Positions 56,301 through 64,000 of a stretch of DNA of 64,000 bases are shown here, in pieces. Both the position numbers and the translations under genes were made by a program. Source of the DNA: Octopus vulgaris (taxonomy: Eukaryota); assembly GCA_951406725.2 (NCBI GenBank), contig OX597830.1:39184001-39248000 (forward strand), given 5' to 3'. Position 1 is the stretch's first letter. Every line of letters starts with the position of its first letter. A model generated the notes under the pieces. The model did not search any database, was not told where the DNA came from, and saw only the letters and a program-made list of their open reading frames with translations.

Positions 56301-57479
56301 ATAGCTGCATAAGTAATGAGAAACAATTGGAACCGAGAGCTGAATATTCTCTGACATATTGATTTGTTGGCATTTTAAGTCTTGCACCGTGGCACACTTT
56401 TGTGTAATAATAAGTAATAATATGCTATTTTTAGCGTGTGGAAAAATGTTTTTGTACAAGAACAGATGCAACGGAGAGCGTGCACGAGCTCGATCGAATT
56501 AAATGAATTGCAATAGTACAGAACAGCTGGAAACAACGAATTCAATATTATGCAATATATTAAGTCCATGCAACTGCTAACTTCAGGAAATTTGTTAAAC
56601 TTAGTTCTTGAGGTTAAATCTGTATCAATTAATTTTAGTCGTCATTGATGGCTTTGAATTAATAAATGCATTTTAAAGAATGTTGCATTTATAGGTACTT
56701 TCCAATTTCGAAGAAATTAGTATTTCTTTGTTCGTAAATCTTGACATTTTATTTGCTATTGTTGCCAGTTTTGCAGTTTTAAAATCATATGTTGCTACAT
56801 TTTGTGGGTTTTAAAACATTTTTATTACGTTTTTGTGTTTAAAATTTATTTATTTATTTATTTATTTTTAATATATTATGTTATATTTAAAGTTTATTGC
56901 AAAGAGCTTCATCCAATAATTTCCAATTTTAGCATATCAAACTTCCACAGACTAATTTAATTACGAGCCTCTAAAAGAAATGGCTGAAATTAATGGTGAT
57001 TGAAGCTGTCGTTCGTGTGGAGTCGTTGCCTCCAGTTGTTGTTTTATGATGATGTCGTTGTTGTTCTGATTGCTGTAGTTAATATTGATAATGATTTTGT
57101 ATTATGATGATGATGATGTCTCAGATTTAATTGTTGTTGTTTATTTAAATTAAATGTAAAATATTTTCCGATCCATTCTCTTTGGTGAAAAGGGAGAAAA
57201 GGAAAACATTAATCTATTTTCTGAAGAATAAAATAATATGTAGAAAGGAGATGCAATCAATGATTGCTACCATAAGTGCACATCTGAAAAACATTTTATT
57301 CAAAGTTTATGTAAAATCAATATCAAACAAATTTAGCTTTGTTGGACTTTTCAATGTTCTTTAATAGAGAAGTTGCACGACTCAAGCTTAACATTTTGGC
57401 AAGTTAAACAGTAAAAAATACAAAGCAAAGGAAAAGGACGCACTGACGATCTGAAAAGACGTTAACAGTTGAGTTTGCC

Positions 57480-58760
57480 TTCTTTTATATTCAAGTATTA
57501 ATCGGAAGACACAATTTTTACTACAATTTTGAAAACATACAATTTCTTTCTCATTTTATGTTTAAAAATTCTAAAGAAATACGTTTTGAAAAGATTGCCA
57601 TTATAATTTCTGAATATTGGAGACTTCTCCAAAATGTTATATTCTTTCAAATTTATTCTGTATGGCTGACAATAGCAACATTGAAATTCTATTAGATTAT
57701 TGCGTCTTTAAATGGTTAGCCGCCGATCTAGACGATTTATAATGTAGACACAATTACGATATGTTAAGAAACACTTCTTTAGAGATTTTGAAATTATTTC
57801 AGATAAATCTGTTTATCTGATAAATGAGAAGAGAACAGCATATAAACAAATTAGTAAATGTAAATTATTGGACTAACATTTACGTGAAAGTTTCTACCTT
57901 CACATATTGATATGCGCCTACACAAATACTCAGCAGCAAAGATAGAGGATATTTCCACTGTTTCCAAAGCCTTGGTCGTTATATAATGTATCTGGTTTAA
58001 TTCATCTTTCTCTCGTCGATACCCACAGTAGGATATTCAACTGACTTCCAAATAAATGAAACACTCAATTTTACAGAGGTTTCGTCCTCTGCAGCAGCAA
58101 ACTATTTAGTTGTATATTTTCTGACCAGCGAAGTTATACGTGCACATTTTTATGGAATAACTACCACACTAAAATTAAACAAACTCAAGAGAAAATTCTT
58201 GGCCTCATAATTTATTACTGAACTAAATATACACTACAGTGTTACTTGTGTCACCGATTGATTTGAGTCGACCAGCATATAACTGATAATTTATTTTATC
58301 GATAGAAAATTCATAAAAAAGCATCGTTACTACATATACAATAATAATCATAATACAGATAAATGGAAATAACTGAAAATACAACCGTTCCTCTCCACTG
58401 GCCAATTTTTATATTTACAATTATATGATAGAGAAAATCTCTTGCATAATAGTGAAAACCAAGTGGAATTGCATAAACAACATAACTTTCAGGAAAACAT
58501 TTGCAGTAGGAAAGTGAACAGTAGTCAAATTGTATCAAACTAAGAAGAGAATTACGTGGCATGTTTGGTGCTTAACTTTTCTTCTACAATACAGTCTACC
58601 ACAACAAGGAAAATACTATGCAAATATATTTATCTGTTGCAGCGCTTATTGATTTATATGACGATGCGTCCTATTTCTTTATCTTGTAAATCCGATATTA
58701 TATAGAGTTTAAGAAAAACTGGGTATTACAACAGCTGGAACATTACTGGATTTAAAAATG
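57480..58760 (+). pseudogene. Decayed, uninterrupted ~1.3-kb Cys-loop receptor-like gene
   Basis: IFTTILKTYN, FLNIGDF, SVWLTI, YNVDTITI, *YAPTQILSS, DIS/LFP, CIWFNS, LKRKFL, FILSIENS*KSIVTT (M1-M2 linker), EITEN..WPIFIF, YLSVAALID..YFFIL (M4); length fits a single-exon ~420-aa gene. Confidence 0.6.
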
Positions 58761-59661
58761 AGTGAATCAATGAAACAAACTTGCAACAAACGACTATACT
58801 AATACCTTACCAAAGTATTGAAATGTTGCACCTTAAATACAGAACTGGCCTTTGCTTAAACAACTTCTGCACTTTCCTTTAACATTATTTCTGAATTGCT
58901 TTGAAATATCTATTGATCATCAGATAACTTTTATAGGTAAGCATTATAGCATAATTGATAGATTGTAGACAACACTACATCTGAGTTCAAATCATATCAG
59001 GACAGAAATGTTTCCACTTTTCCTAATTCTTTAAAATATGTCGAAACCAAAGCATAAGCCTCAATTCCGGTTGAAGCTGTTCATCTTAACATATCATTAA
59101 CATATTATTGTTCTTTGGGAAATCAGGAATACCAGAATATCCTGTTTCTTTTATCTCCTGGAAATAAAAATTTAGAAGTATGTGAAAATAAATCTCTGCA
59201 GAGATTACGGCTGATGCTGCAGCTGGTCAATTCGGAGGGTGGTCCCTAATTTGTATCCTGATCATAGTACGCACTATCAACAACAAAGACATAAACCTTC
59301 TAAACAGTGCGCCTCTATTTAATGACAGTTGGCGTTACATGTTGTTACGGGTGGATATATGACTGAAATAAACAACTGGTAATCAAATCCAGATGGCAAA
59401 CTGAAGTAACCCATTAGATATTAAAATATTTGGAGATCGTCGTAAAGCCTTCAAATTAAGACAATAAACAGAATGGAAAGCTTTTATAAATATTTAAAGC
59501 TCTGTAAATATTTAAAACTCTATAAAATTAGGATGGCTCGTTCTCTGAAGAATGGACATAATAGCGGCATTAAAACGTGGTATTATTACCCGTGCTACCA
59601 CATCTCTATGAGCTGGAAATATCTACGGTCAATTGAGATGTCAGAAATTGATCAATTTAAA

Positions 59662-59835
59662 ATCTGACTCCTGGGACACCGCCTTGAAGGGTTTAGTCGA
59701 ACAAATCAACACCAGTAGTGCTTATCTTAGAATAAGTCTTATTTATCAGCTTCTTTTGCTGAACAACTAAGATAAGAAAACGTTAACAAACCAACACTAG
59801 TTGTCAATTGACTTAGAAACAAATACAAAAACAGT
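59662..59835 (-). mobile_element. SINE family 2 tail
   Basis: CACCGCCTTGAAGGGTTTAGTCGAACAAATC. Confidence 0.75.
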
Positions 59836-60114
59836 GACACACACACACACACACACATATGTATGTATGTATATATACGACGTACAACTACAAAGACAGT
59901 GACTTACATATATATATACACACACACACACAGCAACTATGTTGAGGTACACTGACTGGCTTTTATTGTGAAAAGTAGTTTTCATATGTCAGTTGAGTAT
60001 CAAAACTGTGCCCGTCAAAACTTGTTGTATTTGGTTTCTAATTATTTATTATTAGTTTCGGATTTGGAAATTAAAAACGAACACCAAATGAAAAGTCCAG
60101 TGGCATTTAGTTAT

Positions 60115-60520
60115 CTTTTATCTTTTATGTTCTTCAGTCTTGACTGCGGTTATACTACAGCACTAAATCGAATGGTGTTAGTCAAACAAATCGACTCAGG
60201 AATTTTTTTAAGCTTGTACTTATTCTATTGTTCAATTCTGCCGAGTCGCTAAGTTACGAGAATATAAACACACCAAAACCGATTGTCAAGCCGGAGGGAG
60301 ACAAACACAGACATAGACACACACACACACACATAGATATATGCGTATATATGCATACGACGGGATTCTTTTAGTTTCTGTCTACCAAGTTCACTCACAA
60401 GTCTTTGGTCGGCCCGAGACCATAATAGAAGATACTTGCCCAAAATGCCATGCAGTAGGACTTAATCCAGAATCAAGCGGTTGGAAAGCAAGCTTCTTAT
60501 CACACAGCCACGTTTGCGCT
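60115..60520 (-). mobile_element. SINE family 2, full length
   Basis: Reverse complement of the 11617-type element, including the head CACACAGCCACG. Confidence 0.85.
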
Positions 60521-60917
60521 GATATACTTTTACATTCTGAATTAAAATCCCACCTAAGGATTAGTTTTGGCTTTCAACTTTCCGGGATTGATCTAAAGTA
60601 TTAGTTAAGTAGGGGGTCCGAATTCTTCGGTTGAACTTTTGCTCTAAAATGTTTGAAATCTTTACTTTGTAAGAAATCAAAAGAAGCTTAATGTAACTCG
60701 GCAAAATATTCAATACTTTTAGTAGAAGTGAATACATTTGTTGAGCAAAGAAAATAGTTTTTGATGTGAACTTATTTAAATATCGACTTCCCGATAACTT
60801 CCTTACTACTATAAGATGCGCGATACGCGATCCTATTATATCAGTGGTTCCAACAGTGGTTCCCAACCCTTCTATCTAAATAACTTTTCTCACGGATCCC
60901 TTTTAATATGCCTCGCC

Positions 60918-60969
<52 letters not shown>

Positions 60970-61001
60970 ATTATTATATTATTTATATTATTTATATATA
61001 T

Positions 61002-61052
<51 letters not shown>

Positions 61053-61151
61053 GTGTCAGGTAACGCTAAGTGCTATAGACAGACCGCAGTTAAACTCTTG
61101 GTTCGATAATGATACGAGTGAGGAGTCTAGTCTGGGTCTTGTATTAGCATG

Positions 61152-61193
<42 letters not shown>

Positions 61194-61204
61194 TAGAATA
61201 AGAT

Positions 61205-61395
61205 ATATCAAAGCTAAGGGTGTGAGGATTTTTCAGGACATTTATAATGAAATAGTCTTAAAGATGTTTCTGAGATATTATGGATAACATTTTCTCATAC
61301 CGTCTCTGATGAAGGGATATACATAATATCTCAGAAACTGCTGTAGGACTGTTTCATTATAAATGTCTTTAAAAATCCTCACAGCCTTACCAAAC
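61205..61395. mobile_element. Palindromic Penelope-type repeat with a hammerhead-like motif at 61302-61349 (+)
   Basis: Arms ~61214-61282 and ~61322-61389; GTCT-CTGATGA-AGGGATAT-ACATA-ATATCTCA-GAAA-CTGCTG-TA-GGAC. Confidence 0.65.
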
Positions 61396-61489
61396 ACATT
61401 TTGTTATCACTCTTTACTATGTACGTTCGAATCCAACCGACTTTACCTTTCCTTCCATTGGAATCGATAAACTAGGCTTTTGTTTGCAC

Positions 61490-62695
61490 TCTAAATGAAC
61501 TAATCAAAATAGACAGGAAAACAATAAAATTAATGACAGGAGTTAGGATGCACCACCCAAAATCTGACAGGGAAAGGTTATATATACAACGTTAAAGGTT
61601 ATATATACAAAGTTACAAAATTATTGCAAACTAACCACCATAGGGCTACTTTAGATGCAAGGAAAACTGATTTAAATAGACAGAGAACACGAACAAAATA
61701 AAACAACTGTTTTCAGTCTTTAAGGAAGCACACAAATAAAAAAAAGATGTCATACTACCTAACAAATATGAAGAAAAAGAAGAAACAACAAAAAGCTGTA
61801 AAACAACTCAAATTCGAACTGGAACGGTAATGGATCATGATAAAACGATGACAAGAAAAGCCCCTTCATGGTAAATACTGGGTTATAATAAACAGAAAAG
61901 ATATAGACAATGCAAAATCCTAACAATAACTGAGAAGCTCAGAACTCAAAGCAGGGACTCAGGGATTTTTAATTGCAGTACAAGATCAAAGCCCTCCCAA
62001 CAAAAATCACAAAAAAGACGCAATGAAAAGAAACACAAATAACTGCAGAATATGTGGAAATGGAGAAGAAACAATAAATCATATTGTCTCTACTTACCCA
62101 GTCCTAATAAGGAATATATTCACAGTCACGACAGATGTGGGACCTATATACACTAGAAGCTATGCCAACGCTATGGAATAACAACAGAAAATAGATGGTA
62201 TAGGCACACGCTAGAAAAGGTCACGGAAAATGGGAAAGCAACCACACTCTGGGATATGCCAATACATACAGCTAAATGAATTAAGGCCAGAGATCACCAA
62301 GAAAAAAAATGCTTTCTAATCGATGTATCAATACCAACAGATGAAAATGTTTCTCAAAAAAAAAAACCGCGAAACTTGCAAAATACAAAGATCTGGAAAT
62401 AGAAGTAAATAGAATGTGGAATCTAAAAACCGAAACAATTCCTATCATAGTAAACGCATTAGGTATGTTAAAAAAATATTCAGGCAAATAGATAACAAAA
62501 ACTCCAGGACTAACATGTATATATAACATACAGAAAATAGCACTACCAGGCACCGCACACATCCTACGTAAAACACTTTCACTACAGTAAAAATAAGAGC
62601 ATCACAACAGACCACAGCAGATACTCAAGGCAGTTACAGCTGCTCTCAGTAATGCACTGAAAGCACGTGATATAAATACTGAATAATAATAATAG
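61490..62695 (+). mobile_element. R4/Dong LINE 3' 1.2 kb, degenerate
   Basis: RMHHPKSD.ERLY, KPLHGKYW, LIAVQDQ, CRICGNGEETINHIVS, WDMPIHT, IDVSIPTD; ends in TAA repeats. Confidence 0.93.
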
Positions 62696-62809
62696 TAGTG
62701 ACAGTACTTCGTTGTAACCATTACATGCCATAAACAAACGTAAATATTAGATGAAATGGCCGATAATTTCTAATCCTTCCTTTACAATTAAATACACCTG
62801 AAATAGTTC

Positions 62810-63284
62810 GCAAAATGTTGGTTTTTCTATACGTTTTTGTTGAACTTTTTGTACATGCATTTTGATAATATTTTCTACTTAAAAGTTTTTAAATAATTTT
62901 GCTCAAAATTAATATATCAGAACACTCTTTTAATACCTTTTTGATTAAATGAATATAATAATCGCATTGCTTTAGCAGATTTGTAGCAACTTTTGTGCTA
63001 TCTCTTAATATTATTCATTTCAAATAATGGAGTAAGAGAAATGTAGCGATAAAATGCCATAATACACATTTCCGAGTTTCACTTTACAGACTATTAACCT
63101 CATATTTGCAGACAAAATATCTTGTTAGCATTTATATCTATATCGCATTTCGAATGTTTGTATCTCCAATCGTAATGTTATTTAATATTCCCGGACATGC
63201 AAATAAATACTGATTAACTATGAAGAAGAAACCTTTACTTCGAAGAGTATGTGCATAAATACAGACACACACACACACATACAC

Positions 63285-63347
<63 letters not shown>

Positions 63348-64000
63348 CGGACAGACAGACAGACAGTCAGTCAGACAGACAGAGGAAGAGAGTAATTAGT
63401 AGCTCTGTTCCTGCCTCGCCTATCAATAACTGCTCTCCTTGTATTATGTTTAGACATATTATAGCCCTTCAGCCGATGCCTAAGCTGAGTTCTAGTATCA
63501 ACGTCAAGTTGTGACTTAAATATTTGTCGTAACATCTAAAGATTATTTGAAAATGAATACTGATACCGCCCCTAAAATCAGTGAAACCTTTAGGTGTACG
63601 AATATATTCCTTCCACGCTAGAGATCTTGGTTTTCTCTTTGATAAGTGTGATCCCGTTATCGTCGTTCATATGATGTGAGTGACGACTTGTCAATAAATT
63701 TATAATCTTATTCTAAATAACACGTCTCAGACATTGAAACATGAAATAGTAAATTATATCTCATTGGTTACCAGATGTGATGCAAACTACGTTATTTTTT
63801 TTTTTTGGGGGGGGGGTTAAAGAAATTACTGAACATGATTTTCAATCATGACATTACGGTTACGAATCTAACATATAGTTAATATGTTACAATACAAACA
63901 GATCTCTGTACTAACCAGGAGATCTACTGCTACATTTATCTGTCCAGCAATAAAGACAGACACCACTTGAAGTGACATGACCCTATTTGTATTACTTCGG
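62810..64000 (+). pseudogene. Possible decayed Cys-loop receptor-like gene running off the window
   Basis: Signal-like MLVFLYVFVELFVHAF; one frame LNEYNNRI..ECLYLQ..LIFPDMQIN; after (TAGA)n LDIL*PFSRC, YEYIPS, RLRH..IISHWLPDVM. Confidence 0.4.
63260..63385. repeat. (CA)n(TAGA)n(CAGA)n microsatellite
   Basis: Direct reading. Confidence 0.95.

Larger units (their letters stand above)
59130..60850 (+). pseudogene. Decayed Cys-loop receptor-like gene interrupted by two SINEs
   Basis: VRTINN, TVRLYLMTV, GGYM..W..DGKLK*/NPLD, WKAFINI*SSV, HNSGIKTWY..P; after the SINEs GIDLKY*..SEF and IFTL*EIKRSL. Confidence 0.45.

Noticed and set aside
57640-58420. GPCR reading (SVWLTI as TM3; minus-strand hydrophobic ORFs)
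   Set aside because: Not followed by E/DRY; the plus-strand Cys-loop landmarks fit better.

Overview
AT-rich, microsatellite-dense eukaryotic DNA. The SINE families and the LINE/DNA-transposon content point to an octopod cephalopod, probably Octopus (inference). I find no intact host gene: almost every supplied ORF is a simple-repeat artefact or a transposon fragment. Mobile elements present are tRNA-derived SINEs (3 families), R4/Dong LINE 3' pieces sitting in (TAA)n, RTE, CR1-like and Tx1-like LINE relics, two mariner copies, a mariner MITE, a short Helitron, and Penelope-like remnants with minimal hammerhead-ribozyme motifs. The main finding comes from reading the non-repetitive spacers by hand across stops and frameshifts. 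Many show collinear landmarks of apparently intronless Cys-loop receptor genes (nAChR-like or cephalopod chemotactile receptor-like), including one in-register C-x13-C loop at 23879-23923. About 14 such decayed copies lie on both strands, most split by later insertions, so the window looks like the remains of a tandem receptor array. These alignments were made by eye against family motifs recalled from memory and need profile-HMM confirmation; some weaker copies may be over-fitted.
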